Part shown: one piece after another, positions 39,601 through 49,446 of the stretch
Position numbering within the stretch: the first letter of the stretch is position 1
How the letters are laid out: each line of letters opens with the position of its first letter
Source of the DNA: Alphaproteobacteria bacterium
GTDB lineage: Bacteria; Pseudomonadota; Alphaproteobacteria; MPNO01
Direction: 5' to 3'
NCBI GenBank assembly: GCA_964291675.2
Contig: OZ219865.1
Coordinates: 800,001 to 864,000 of the forward strand
Length of the DNA: 64,000 nt
Notes under the pieces: model-generated
The model's database searches: none
Told to the model about the DNA's origin: nothing
Seen by the model: only the letters and a program-made list of their open reading frames with translations
Translations under genes and position numbers: made by a program

Positions 39601-42600
39601 AGCGCCGGGCTCGCGCCGAAGCTCTCGGCATAGACCGACCAGTCGACGGCGGTCACCGCCCCGGCCGCGAGATCCTGCGACACGAGTTGATCGAAGGCCC
39701 GCAAGCCCTGCTGCGGCGTGACCCAGCGCACACCGCGGGCCGCAAGATGCTCCTCGATCCGGTCTCGTTGCTCCTCCGCCTCGCCGACCCCCGACCACGC
39801 GCCCCAGGCGATGGCCTGACCCGGCAGCCCCCGGGCGCGTCGGTGGGCAGCGAGCCGGTCGAGATAAGCATTGGCGGAGGCATGGTTCGCCTGACCCGCC
39901 GATCCGAGGATCCCCACCACGCTGGAAAAGAGGATGAAGAGATCCAGGTCGCGGTCCTCGGTCGCCCGGTGCAGGTACCAGGCGCCCAGAACCTTCGGCC
40001 ACAGGACCTGTTCGAACCGCTCCCAGCTCTGGTTCCCGAGCGCGCCGTCCGACAGCACGCCCACGCTGTGGATCACCCCGGCGAGCGGCGGAAGCTCGGC
40101 ATCCATCCGCGCGAGCATCGCATCCACAGCCGCACCGTCCGTCATGTCGGCAAGCTCCACGCGAACAGTGACGCCGCGCGCTTCGAGCGCGCGCATCGCG
40201 TCCTCGGCCGCGGGGTCCGGGGGGCGCCGCCCGTTCAGCACGATCGTCTTCGCGCCCCGGTCCGCGAGCTGGCCGGCCACCGCGCAGCCGATCCCGCCGA
40301 GGCCCCCGGTGACGAGATAGGTCCGGTCCTCCCGCAGCCGGCCCCGGGTGAGCGGCGGCATGGTGAGGACGATCTTTCCGATATGCCGGGCCGAGCGCAT
40401 GAACGCCATCGCCGGCGCCGCCTCGGCGAGCGGCCAGCGGCTGTGGGGCAGCGGGGTCAGCTCTCCCGACTCCAGCCGGTCCATCACGCCCCGCAGGGCC
40501 GCGCCCGGCCGGGCGGGATCGGATTCCTTGAGAACGTCCAGCCGCAACACCGAGTAGGCCACGTCCGGACGGGCCGCCGACATCGCCGCCTCGCTCCAGA
40601 TGTCCCGCGCGCCGAGCTCGACGAATCGGCCGGCGGGCGCGAGACATTCGAGGCTCGCCTCGATGAAGCCCGGCCCGGTGAGGCTGTTCAGCACGACGTC
40701 GACGCCCCGGCCGGCCGTCGCATCGAGGATCTCCTTGCCGAAGGCGGTCTGCCGGCTGTCGAACACCCGCGAAACGCCGAGCGAGCGGAGATAGTCCTGC
40801 TTGGATGCGCTCGCCGTCGCGATCGCTTCCGCACCGGCTGCATGGGCAAGCTGGATCGCCGCCAGCCCGACACCGCCGGCCCCGGCGTGGATCAGCACCC
40901 GCTCGCCGGCCTTCAGCCCGGCCAGATCGAACGCGAGCGCCGCGGTGGCGAAGGCTACCGGAACGGTCGCCAGCGCCGCCGCCGGCATCCGCTCCGGCGC
41001 CGGCGCCACGAGCTCGCCCCGGGTCACGACTTCCGGCCCGAACGCGCCGAACGCAAGGCCCACCACGCGGTCGCCGACGGCAACGCCCGCGACCTCCGGT
41101 CCCGCCTCGACGACCCGGCCGCACATCTCGCGGCCGAGCAATCCGGTATCGAGGGCTCCGGTCGCCCGCAGCACGTCCCGGAAGTTGAGACCCGCCGCCT
41201 CGACCGCCACCCGAACCTCTCCGGGCTCAAGCCCGTTCGATGGCGCCGTCTCCACCCGCAGGCCGTCCAGGGATCCGCCCTCGTCGGGCGCAAGCCGCCA
41301 GCCGGACTCCTCGGGGAGCGCGATCCGCGGCGTTGCGGACCCGGTCCGGACGAGGCGCGCAACATGTCGCCTGCCGCGCCGGAAGGCGATGTGGTTCTCC
41401 GAGCCGGGGAACAGCAGCTCCTCGGCAAGCTCCGACCGCTGCACGGGCTCTTCGGGGTCGAGATCGATCATCCGCGCCCCGAGCTGCAGCGCTTCTCTGG
41501 CCACCGCCTTGCCGAAGCCCCACAGCGCGGCCCCGGCAATCTCGCCATCGCGTTCGCGCTCCAGCGACTGGGCGCCCCGGGTGACGAGCCACAGGCCCTT
41601 TGCGGGCGCGGCGCCCGCGTCCAGAACCCCCTGCACGAGCGAAAGGGCGCTCGTGACCGCCTTTCTCACGTCGTGCGCGACCTGTTCTGTCGTGGCCGCC
41701 GCGCCATGTCCGTCGAGCGCCGCGAGATGGACGATGCCGTGGAGGGGCGCGTCCCCGGGCAGCCCCTCGACGAGCGAACGCCAGGACTCCCGGCGTTCCG
41801 CCTGGACGAACGCCCTGAAGACGCCGGCCCCCGTGACCGGCGCCGCGTCTGCCGCCTCGTCCTCTCCCGCGATCACCACAGTCTGATTCCGGGCTGCAAG
41901 CGCCGCAGCGAGCGCCTCGCCGGCACCGTCGCGGTCCGGCGCCACGATCCAGACTCCGCGCGGCAGCGCGACCTCCTCCGGGCCGCGCGCCACGATGATG
42001 CCCGGACCGAGCGGCCGCCCGTCGTCGAAGGTGTCGACCCCCAGCACCTCCGTCTCCGCGAAACCCGCATCCGAGAACGCCCGGCGCCATGTCTCGGGAG
42101 CCGCGAGCGCATGGTCCGGCCGGTAGCTGTCGGCGAAGCGCCACCAGCCGTCCAGCATCCCGAAGGTGAGATCCTGGAGGTGCCGGCCGCGTATGAGTTC
42201 GAGGGCCAGGAGCTGGCCCCGGGGCGCGAGCAGCGACCGGCAGTGGGCCAGCGTCTCCCCGAGATCCCGGGTGGTGTGAAGCACGTTCGCCGCGACGACC
42301 AGGTCGTAGCCATGAGGATCGAAACCCTGCGCCGCGGGATCCGTCTCGATGTCGAGCGCGCGATACTCGATCGGCGCTCCGCTCGCCGCGAAGCGTGACT
42401 CCGCCTCGGCGAAGAATCCCGCCGAGATGTCGGTGAACATGTAGTCGAAACGCCCTTCCGGAAGCTCCGACAGGATCGGCTCGGTCGCCGATCCGGTGCC
42501 CGCGCCGACCTCCAGCACCCGCAGGCGCCGGCCTTCCGGCAGGTTTTCGACGGCGGCCCGGACCGCATCGGCCAGCATCCTGTTCGCTGCGCGGGCGGCA

Positions 42601-45600
42601 GGCGCGGTGCGATACAAGTCTGCCGCGCTCGTGCCGTGGGTGCCGAAGAGCAGCGAAAGCGGATCCGTGCGGCCCTGCAGCACCTCCGCGAGGGCGCCGC
42701 CGCATTGTTCGAGGAGTCCGAGCTCGTTCGAGCCATGCGGGTGACGGGCACGCAACTGTTCCGCCAGGCGCTGCGGATCGCCGAGGCTCGCGTCCGGCAG
42801 CGCGTCCCCGGATCCGACGACCACGGCGAACCCGCCATCCGCTGCGCGCTCCAGTATCCCCGCGCCGGCCAGAATTCCGAGCAGCCGGCCGAACAGCCGC
42901 CGGTGCGGCGCCACGACACCCAACGCGCCGCGGAGGGCCTCCGCGTCGACGGCCGCGCCCGCGCTGCGCCGCCAGCCCAGCCGGTCGAGCGCCGCGAGCA
43001 CATAGGCGCCGCCAAGCCGGTCCAGGTCCCCGAGCAGGGCGGCCCGCTCTTCGGGCCGGACACCCTCGGCCGCGAGATAGTCGGGGAACGATCCGGTCCG
43101 GGCGCCGATCGATTCCGGGCCTTCGAGGAATTGTGCCGACCGAAGCCCTCCGGACAGGGGCTGTTCCCGCCAGACGACTTCGTACAGGAGATCCTTGAGC
43201 GCGTTCGACGCCGAGAGCATGGCGGTGCGCGTCGCCCGCTTCATCGTGAACCCGTCCACGCCGCCGATCGGCGCGCCGGCCGGATCGAACAGGCTCAGAT
43301 CGGCCTTGACGATTTCCGGAGAATCGTCCGCCTGCGCCTCGGAATGGCCCGTTCGGGCGGCCTCGCGCATGCGGACGTGGCAATAGATCCGTTCGGGCGG
43401 TGGCCCCGCCAGCCACAGCCGATCCCATCCGAACGGCATGTAGGTGGACTTCCCGGCGACGCGGGCCTGGTCGCGCGCCGCGAGCACGGTCTGAAAGCAG
43501 CCGTCGAGCAGGATCGGATGCAGGTCGAGGCCGCCGCCGTCCAGGCAGTCCGGGAGCGCCACCTCGCCGACCGCCTCGCCGGGGCCGGACCACACGGTCT
43601 GGAGGGGGCGAAACGCGGGCCCGAGCACCACCCTGGTGCTGACCTTGTTGCGGTAGAGCGCTGCGACGTCTCCCGGCGTCAACGCCGCCTTGAGGCCTTC
43701 GAGGTCGATCCGTTCCCCGCCTTCCGGCCGGCCGCTGCCCGGCGACATCCGGCCTTCGAGATGCAGGGTCCAGCCGTCCTCGCCGCCGCGGCTGAACACC
43801 TCGAAGCGGCGCGGCGACGCGGCGTCGGCGCCATCGAACACGATCTGGAGCTTCCGGCCGCTCTCTGCCGTCTCGTCCTGCGCATCCTCCTGCGGAAGAA
43901 TCATCGGGCTGTGCAGCTGGCAATCCTCCAGGACCACCGAACGGGCGCGCTCGCCCCACAGCACCGTGGCCGCCATGGTGGCGAACATCGCGCCCGGCAC
44001 CACGACCTGGCCGAACACCAGGTGATCCTTCACCCATGCCGGGTCCGAGGCGAATATCTCCGTCTCGAACGCGGCCTCCCCTCGCGGCGATTCGTGCCGC
44101 ACGCCCAGCAGGGGATGGCCCGTGTTCTGGCGACGCCGCCTGGGCGGCTCGATCCAATGGCGCTGGCGCTGGAACGGATAGCCCGGCAACTGGATGCGGC
44201 GGCGTTCCTCGCCGGCGAACAGGCCTTCGAAGGCGATCGGAAAGCCCGCCCCGTAGGCGCCGGCGACCGCTGCCACGAAGGCGTCGCCCCCGGCCGGCTC
44301 CGGCGAGGTCTCGGACGGCCGGCGAAGACTGGCCAGCGCTGTCGGCCCCCCGGCCTCGCCGCGCGCCGATTCCGGCCAGCTCAGCGTAGCCATCGGACCG
44401 AGCACCGCGTGCGGACCGATCTCGACGAGCGCATCGACGCCGATCTCCGCCAGCGTCTCCACGCAGGCCCGGAACGCGACCGGTTCGCGGGCCTGGCGCC
44501 GCCAGTATGCGGCGTCGAGCGTCTGCCCCGGTTCGATCGCACGGCCGGTCAGGTTGCTCACGAAAGGCAGCGACGGCGGCGAGAAGGACATCGTCGACAG
44601 CACCGCTTCCAGATCGTCCAGCGCGGGCTCGACCATGGCGCTGTGGTATGCGGGGCTCTTGCGCAGCCGCGCGACCCGGATGTCCTGCGCTTCGAAGCGC
44701 TCGAGGACTGCCGCGATCTCCGCCGCCGGCCCGCTGATCACCTGATGCGCGCCGTTATCCGCGGCGATGCACACGCCGATCCCCTTCCCGGACGCGTTGT
44801 GCCGCTCCAGGGCGTCCGCCACGCCGGCGGCCGGGGCGAACACGGCTGCCATCGCTCCCTCGCCCGGCAAGGCGCCGATCAGTGCGCCCCGCGCCGCGGC
44901 GAATCGCAGACCGTCCTCCAGGCTGAACACACCGGCGGCGTGCGCGGCGGCAATCTCTCCGAGGCTGTGCCCGAACACCGCGTCCGGCCGCACGCCGATG
45001 CCGGACCACAGCGCCGTCAGCGCGCATTCGAGCGCGTAGATCGCGGGCTGTTTCCACTGCGGATCGTCCAGGTCTCCCGTGGCGCCGGGCCTGCCGAACA
45101 TCGCGTCGAGCAGCGAGCCGTTCCGCTCTTTCCCGAGCAGGGCGTCGCAACGGTCGAGAACGGCGCGCACCGCGGGCTCGGTCTCGTAGAGATCGGCGCC
45201 CATGCCGACCCACTGGCTCGCCTGGCCGGTATAGGCGAACGCGACCTTCGCAGGCGCCGTCGCGGCAGGCCTCTCGCCGCCCTCGGCGCAGCTCCGCAAG
45301 CCGGCGCGCAGGTCCTCGGCGTCGCGAAACGTCACGGCGCAGCGATGGCTGAAATGGCTGCGCCCGACACCTGCGGTCCACGCCATGTCGGCGAGCGGGG
45401 AGCCGTTCCCATCCGCTTGGTCGAGCCACGAGAGATACCGGCCCGTGAGCTCCCTGAGGGCTGCGTCGGACTTCCCGGAAAGCGGCAAGATTCGAAGCTC
45501 GCGCGGAGAGAGCCCGGCGATCGACGGAATGTTCTCGAACGGACCGGGCAGGGAAACGGACACCGGGGTCGGCGCGCCGGCCGGCCACGGCCTCGCGCCG

Positions 45601-47006
45601 TTCGCGGCCGCGTCTGCGCCGTCTCCGTACCCTTCCACGATGACGTGGGAGTTGGTTCCGGAGAAGCCGAACGAGCTGACGCCGGCCAGCGGCCCGCGGC
45701 CGGACGCGGCCGGCCAGTCGGTCTCCGCCGCGGTGACCTGTACCGGAAAGCTGTCCCAGTCGATCTGCGGGTTGGGTGTGCGGAAGTTGAGATGCCTCGG
45801 GATCGTGCCCCGGCGCATCGAGAGCAGGACCTTGATGAGACCCGCGGCCCCCGCCGCGGCCGCCAGATGACCGATATTGGTCTTCACCGAGCCGACAAGC
45901 AGCGGACTGTCCGCCGCCCGTCCCCTGCCGTAGACCGATCCCGCCGCGGCCAGCTCCGTCGGGTCGCCCAGCTTGGTCCCGGTCCCGTGCGCTTCCAGGT
46001 AGTCCACCTGCGCGGGCGGAATGCCGGCCCGCGCCAACGCCGCCTCGATCACATGCGCCTGGGTCAGGGCCCGCGGGGCGGGCAGTCCCGGGCGTTCCCC
46101 GTCCTGGTTTATGGCCGAGCCGCGGATCACCCCCCAGATCCGGTCGCCGGCCGCCTCCGCCTCGCTCAGGCGCTTGAGAACCAGCATGCCGCAGCCTTCG
46201 CTGCGCACGAACCCGTCCGCGCGTTCGTCGAAGGTCCAGCACTGGCCGGTGGGCGACAGCATGCCGGCGTTCGCGAAGGCTTCCGTGGTCGTGGGCGACA
46301 GGATCACGCAAACCCCGCCGGTCAGCGCAATATCCGCCTCGCCGCGCTGGAGGCCCGCCACGGCCTGATGGACGGCGACCAGCGCCGAAGAGCAGGCGGT
46401 GTCCACGGCGATCGACGGGCCCTCGAGGCCCAGCGCGAAGGAAACGCGCCCGGTTGCGGTGCTGAAGCGGTTGCCCGTCACCAGATAGAGCGGCGTGTCG
46501 GGCCCGACCGAGCCGCCTTCGTCGCGGACGATTTCCTGATATTCGTAACTGCCGATACCGGCATAGACTCCGGTGCGGCTGCCGACCAGCCGGTCCGGGC
46601 CGATGCCCGCGTCCTCCAGAGCCTCCCAGCTCAATTCCAACAGCAGCCGCTGCTGCGGGTCGAGCGACTGCGCCTCCAGCGGCGAGATGCGGAAGAACGC
46701 CTCGTCGAACCGGTCGATGTCGGAAAGGAAGGCGCCGTAGCGACTGGCGTCGTGCACGGTCACGTCGTCGGGAAACATCTCGTTCACCCGTCCGTCGCCC
46801 GGACCGGGCGAGCCGTGGGTCACGGCGTTGCCGCCCGACGCCAGCAGCTTCCAGAAGGCGTCCAGATTCTCGGCGCCGGGAAACCGGCACGCCATACCCA
46901 CCACGGCGATCGGATCGTCGCCCGTCCTGGCGGATTCCGGGGCCGGGAGGTCGGCGCCTCCGGTATGCGCTTCGTCGTGAGGTTGAGATTGTGCCCGTTC
47001 CGCCAT
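36618..47006 (-). CDS. supA: Type I PKS KS-AT-DH-MT-ER-KR-ACP-KS-AT* (SupA-type)
   Basis: KS DTACSS/HGTGT/NIGH; AT GHSLG..YHS; DH HLVFGQVVVP; MT LEVGAGTG; ER LIHAGAGGVG; KR GGLGGIG; ACP GMDSL; KS2 DMTCASS; truncated AT GFGVG. Confidence 0.88.
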   Translation of the reverse strand: MAERAQSQPHDEAHTGGADLPAPESARTGDDPIAVVGMACRFPGAENLDAFWKLLASGGNAVTHGSPGPGDGRVNEMFPDDVTVHDASRYGAFLSDIDRFDEAFFRISPLEAQSLDPQQRLLLELSWEALEDAGIGPDRLVGSRTGVYAGIGSYEYQEIVRDEGGSVGPDTPLYLVTGNRFSTATGRVSFALGLEGPSIAVDTACSSALVAVHQAVAGLQRGEADIALTGGVCVILSPTTTEAFANAGMLSPTGQCWTFDERADGFVRSEGCGMLVLKRLSEAEAAGDRIWGVIRGSAINQDGERPGLPAPRALTQAHVIEAALARAGIPPAQVDYLEAHGTGTKLGDPTELAAAGSVYGRGRAADSPLLVGSVKTNIGHLAAAAGAAGLIKVLLSMRRGTIPRHLNFRTPNPQIDWDSFPVQVTAAETDWPAASGRGPLAGVSSFGFSGTNSHVIVEGYGDGADAAANGARPWPAGAPTPVSVSLPGPFENIPSIAGLSPRELRILPLSGKSDAALRELTGRYLSWLDQADGNGSPLADMAWTAGVGRSHFSHRCAVTFRDAEDLRAGLRSCAEGGERPAATAPAKVAFAYTGQASQWVGMGADLYETEPAVRAVLDRCDALLGKERNGSLLDAMFGRPGATGDLDDPQWKQPAIYALECALTALWSGIGVRPDAVFGHSLGEIAAAHAAGVFSLEDGLRFAAARGALIGALPGEGAMAAVFAPAAGVADALERHNASGKGIGVCIAADNGAHQVISGPAAEIAAVLERFEAQDIRVARLRKSPAYHSAMVEPALDDLEAVLSTMSFSPPSLPFVSNLTGRAIEPGQTLDAAYWRRQAREPVAFRACVETLAEIGVDALVEIGPHAVLGPMATLSWPESARGEAGGPTALASLRRPSETSPEPAGGDAFVAAVAGAYGAGFPIAFEGLFAGEERRRIQLPGYPFQRQRHWIEPPRRRRQNTGHPLLGVRHESPRGEAAFETEIFASDPAWVKDHLVFGQVVVPGAMFATMAATVLWGERARSVVLEDCQLHSPMILPQEDAQDETAESGRKLQIVFDGADAASPRRFEVFSRGGEDGWTLHLEGRMSPGSGRPEGGERIDLEGLKAALTPGDVAALYRNKVSTRVVLGPAFRPLQTVWSGPGEAVGEVALPDCLDGGGLDLHPILLDGCFQTVLAARDQARVAGKSTYMPFGWDRLWLAGPPPERIYCHVRMREAARTGHSEAQADDSPEIVKADLSLFDPAGAPIGGVDGFTMKRATRTAMLSASNALKDLLYEVVWREQPLSGGLRSAQFLEGPESIGARTGSFPDYLAAEGVRPEERAALLGDLDRLGGAYVLAALDRLGWRRSAGAAVDAEALRGALGVVAPHRRLFGRLLGILAGAGILERAADGGFAVVVGSGDALPDASLGDPQRLAEQLRARHPHGSNELGLLEQCGGALAEVLQGRTDPLSLLFGTHGTSAADLYRTAPAARAANRMLADAVRAAVENLPEGRRLRVLEVGAGTGSATEPILSELPEGRFDYMFTDISAGFFAEAESRFAASGAPIEYRALDIETDPAAQGFDPHGYDLVVAANVLHTTRDLGETLAHCRSLLAPRGQLLALELIRGRHLQDLTFGMLDGWWRFADSYRPDHALAAPETWRRAFSDAGFAETEVLGVDTFDDGRPLGPGIIVARGPEEVALPRGVWIVAPDRDGAGEALAAALAARNQTVVIAGEDEAADAAPVTGAGVFRAFVQAERRESWRSLVEGLPGDAPLHGIVHLAALDGHGAAATTEQVAHDVRKAVTSALSLVQGVLDAGAAPAKGLWLVTRGAQSLERERDGEIAGAALWGFGKAVAREALQLGARMIDLDPEEPVQRSELAEELLFPGSENHIAFRRGRRHVARLVRTGSATPRIALPEESGWRLAPDEGGSLDGLRVETAPSNGLEPGEVRVAVEAAGLNFRDVLRATGALDTGLLGREMCGRVVEAGPEVAGVAVGDRVVGLAFGAFGPEVVTRGELVAPAPERMPAAALATVPVAFATAALAFDLAGLKAGERVLIHAGAGGVGLAAIQLAHAAGAEAIATASASKQDYLRSLGVSRVFDSRQTAFGKEILDATAGRGVDVVLNSLTGPGFIEASLECLAPAGRFVELGARDIWSEAAMSAARPDVAYSVLRLDVLKESDPARPGAALRGVMDRLESGELTPLPHSRWPLAEAAPAMAFMRSARHIGKIVLTMPPLTRGRLREDRTYLVTGGLGGIGCAVAGQLADRGAKTIVLNGRRPPDPAAEDAMRALEARGVTVRVELADMTDGAAVDAMLARMDAELPPLAGVIHSVGVLSDGALGNQSWERFEQVLWPKVLGAWYLHRATEDRDLDLFILFSSVVGILGSAGQANHASANAYLDRLAAHRRARGLPGQAIAWGAWSGVGEAEEQRDRIEEHLAARGVRWVTPQQGLRAFDQLVSQDLAAGAVTAVDWSVYAESFGASPALLEDLMTRTPAEAEPAAAAPENDLLSRLRAVPAGEREDVLASFLREELQAVLRLSSPPSPTARFFDLGMDSLMAVELRNRLNRGLAGVYTASNTVMFDYPHTAALAQFLAGELGELGAGGAAETAARPVERPRRRRPDRRPPPTHADNRAAERDGIAIVGMACRFPGASGLTEFWNQLEAGIDAVADRRPDSAVQPVPGEDPGFDNAAFRYGGFVAGIDEFDARFFGMRPIEARTVDPQQRMLLETSWQALEDAGIDAGGLEGSRTGVYVGISGSEYREVIARSGRDIAVLETAGSVAAGRVAFALGLMGPAIPFDMTCASSLAAVHEAVSALHRGEVNLALAGGVNAILSSAITKFFVEVGMLSSTGQCRAFDAAADGYVRGEGCGIVVLKRLADAEADGDPIWAVVRGTAVNHNGASAGLTVPNGPAQEAVIEDALSRAGIAPAEVDYLEAHGTASALGDPIEVQAAAAVYGEGRDPARPLLMGTVKTNIGHLEAAAGVAGIIKVVLAMRRGVIPKHLHFEAPNPHLDWDRLPVRVTSEPTGWPLDGSRPPRAAVSAFGISGSNAHLVVEGYGATNGTDGSVDAASPQGAPGTVAISLPDPGRDHAPVTESDGLRAVRLLPLSGKSDGALRTLAGRYLSWLDERNGAAANLPSASESLLADMAWTAGIGRSHFPHRAGVVFHDAASLHASLSAIADRSNGPDGCEPAKTAFAYPGEGDDAAAAAQALYRGEPVARALFDRCEAVLREQRGASLLDWLSGESGPERTLDDPALYAFQCALTALWSSVGVRPSAVVGFGVGELAAAHAAGALGLEEGLLLAVARETAKTAGAADGIDAALAGLVPRPPTIALVSGVTGRVTGSEEMLETAFGLRHPREPAAHGQCIRTLAERGVGAVVEIGPRGSIGPMIASHWPDSAGAAVAAGNGAGGPVVLTGPGAAPEVDAGFVQAVARAYEAGLPIAFAGLFAGETRRRIPVPGYPFERRRHWVDAPKT

Positions 47007-47147
47007 CGAAGACCCCTGTCGCGAGTTCAGCAAGGTTCCAGCCCGTCTCCCATCTTCTCTCACCCAGGCCCGCTTTTCCATCCGTCAGCGGTCAGGGAAC
47101 GAATCGGGAGGCAACGCGACGGGAAGGGCGTCCCGCACGCGCGCCCA

Positions 47148-48911
47148 CTACGCCCGCCCGGTCGCCGCCGGGAGGTTGACCCGGACGGTGACGATATCCA
47201 GGTCATGGTATTGCTGATGGCGCACGGACGATGCGAGGTGCCGGAGAAGCCGCAGCGGGACCTCCTGCTCGATCTGCGTCTCGTCGCCGTGATCCCCGAG
47301 CAGAGCGAGTCTGTCCTCGATGTTCTCCCCTTGCGGAGCGACCGCGAGCTCCAGAACCACGTCGTCCTCGACCCGGGCGGCGACCAGCCGCAGGCGGCGC
47401 TGGCGACCGGATTCCGCGGCGCCGTCCTGCGGCCGGGCAAGGCTCGACAGAGCCTCCTCGCCGACCGCGTCGAGACGGTCCGCCATGCCGGCGTCCAGGC
47501 CGTGGCGCGCGGCGAATGCGCGAAGGAACTCCCTGATCCTTGCGAGCGCGGCCGGATCGAGCGCCACCTCCATCCGGCTGCGGCGCGGCCCGGTCAGGTC
47601 CGTCAACATCGTCATGACGATGGCCGCGAGCCCGCCGGAGACCACGCCGTTGGCGAACAGGCCGCCGGCGAATTGCGACACCTGCGCCGGGAATATCATG
47701 CCGCTCTGGAAGCCGACCCCGGTCCAGAAGGCGAGGCCGGCGATCAGCCCCTTGCGGTAATCGAGGCCGTTCTGAACCAGGACCTTGATTCCGACCAGGA
47801 AGAGCAGCGCCAGCAACACCGTGAGAAACGCGCCGCTGACCGCGCCGGGGATCGCCAGGACGGCGGCGAGCGCCTTGGGCAGGAATGCGAGGATGACGAA
47901 GAGCGCCCCGGCCGCGATCCCGATGCCGCGGGCCGCGACGCCGGTAAGCTCGGTGAGCGACGCGCCGACGGAATTGGCATTGTTGGGCACGGTTCCGGCG
48001 AGACCGCTGAGAAGGTTGCTCAGCCCGTCGACGTTCACCGCGCCCTGCACCGCCCGGTAATCCACGGCGCGCCGCTGGCGCCACGATACCGCTTGCACGG
48101 CAACGCAACTGCCGATCGTGCGCAGCGTCACGATCGGGGTCAACAACAGGAATACCGGAAGCAGCGACCAGAAAGCGGGGCCGAAGTCGAGATCAAAGCC
48201 CGGCCACTCGATGCCGGGAACGCCGATCCACGGGGCGTCGACGACGCGGCCCACGTCGTAGAGACCGACGATGCCCGCCACCGCCGAGCCGACAAGGACC
48301 CCGATGACCGGCGCCCAGAGGCGCGGGCTCCGCGTCGACTTGAGCGCGATGCCGGCGATGACGACAACCGTGACGGCGGCGCATAGCGGCGCGGCGTAGG
48401 CGGGCGTTCCCTCCGGCGCGCGGGTCAGCAAGCCGAAGACGGCGGGCGTTGCGCTGACCGGCACCAGCATCAGCACGGTGCCCGAAACGGTCGGCGTCAG
48501 GATGCGGCGAAACCAGACGATCCGCGCCGACAGCACGAATTGCAGCAGCGCCGAGACGACGACCAGGGTCGCGAGCAATGCACCGCCGCCGCGTTCGACC
48601 GCCGCGATGCAGGGCGCGATGAAGGCGGTCGAGCTGTTCAGCACCAGCACGTGGCCCGAGCCGATTCGGCCGTAACGGATCGCCTGCAGCGCCGTGGCCA
48701 CGCCGCACACCGCTATGGAGGCGAACACCGCCCAGGACAGGTAGGCGTCGCTCGCGCCGGCGGCCCGCATGATCACCGTCGGAATCAGTATCGAGGCCGC
48801 GACGATCAGAACCGCGAGCTGCGCGCCGAGGCCGATGGCGAGCGCGGGAGGAATCCTGTCGTCGGCCTGGTAGCGGAGCGCCGGTCCGCGCGGCGAAGGA
48901 TCTCCGGTCAT
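47148..48911 (-). CDS. NCS2 xanthine/uracil-permease-like protein with C-terminal soluble domain
   Basis: GAQL, GVATALQ, TPTVSGTV, LTGVAAR, PK..AIPGAV; extra ~130 aa tail with a HATPase/RsbW-like pattern. Confidence 0.78.
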   Translation of the reverse strand: MTGDPSPRGPALRYQADDRIPPALAIGLGAQLAVLIVAASILIPTVIMRAAGASDAYLSWAVFASIAVCGVATALQAIRYGRIGSGHVLVLNSSTAFIAPCIAAVERGGGALLATLVVVSALLQFVLSARIVWFRRILTPTVSGTVLMLVPVSATPAVFGLLTRAPEGTPAYAAPLCAAVTVVVIAGIALKSTRSPRLWAPVIGVLVGSAVAGIVGLYDVGRVVDAPWIGVPGIEWPGFDLDFGPAFWSLLPVFLLLTPIVTLRTIGSCVAVQAVSWRQRRAVDYRAVQGAVNVDGLSNLLSGLAGTVPNNANSVGASLTELTGVAARGIGIAAGALFVILAFLPKALAAVLAIPGAVSGAFLTVLLALLFLVGIKVLVQNGLDYRKGLIAGLAFWTGVGFQSGMIFPAQVSQFAGGLFANGVVSGGLAAIVMTMLTDLTGPRRSRMEVALDPAALARIREFLRAFAARHGLDAGMADRLDAVGEEALSSLARPQDGAAESGRQRRLRLVAARVEDDVVLELAVAPQGENIEDRLALLGDHGDETQIEQEVPLRLLRHLASSVRHQQYHDLDIVTVRVNLPAATGRA

Positions 48912-49260
48912 GCCGTGCGCGCTCCCCTGCGCGGCTCAGCGTCGCGCCGGCTCGACGGGCCGGCCGGTCACGCGCTCTCGGCGCTTCACCGGGAAATCCC
49001 CGAGATACACCTCACGGTCCTTCCCTGGAACTCTGATTGGCGGGCGGTTGGCACAGTATTGTACGGTCGAATGTTCGTCGACGGGCGATTGGCGCCATCG
49101 ACGGACGGCCCTGCGAACCGGGCGGCCGATTCCCCGCACCGCAGCGGGAGAGCGTCCTCCTCGGTGGAATGGACACTCCGAAGGTCCCGGCGCCGGTCGG
49201 AACCGCGGCGGCGCCACGATGGCAGCGTCGACCGGCGCACTCTCCTCGCCGGCGCGCCGC

Positions 49261-49446
49261 GAGGTCGAGAGTGTCGATGAGAAGCCGGGAACCGTCCGTC
49301 CGAAGGACGCAAGGGGCGATCTCGTCGACTGGAAGCCGGTCCGCATCGCGGCCGCCAAGGGCGGTCTCGAGGTCTACCGGAGCGAGACGACGGAGTCGCG
49401 CGCCGGCGACCGGCTGCGGTTCACCCGCAACGACCCGGCCCGGGGC
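49261..49446 (+). pseudogene. Fragment of conjugative relaxase-helicase TrwC/TraI
   Basis: VDWKP..GGLEVYRSETTESRAGDRLRFTRND resembles the TrwC/TraI helicase-region motif (EL)RAGDRIRWTRND. Confidence 0.6.

Noticed and set aside
42636-48386. 1916-aa plus-strand ORF and the many other long antisense or alternate-frame ORFs
   Set aside because: Shadow ORFs of high-GC coding DNA; Arg/Ala/Pro-rich with no motifs, overlapping well-supported genes
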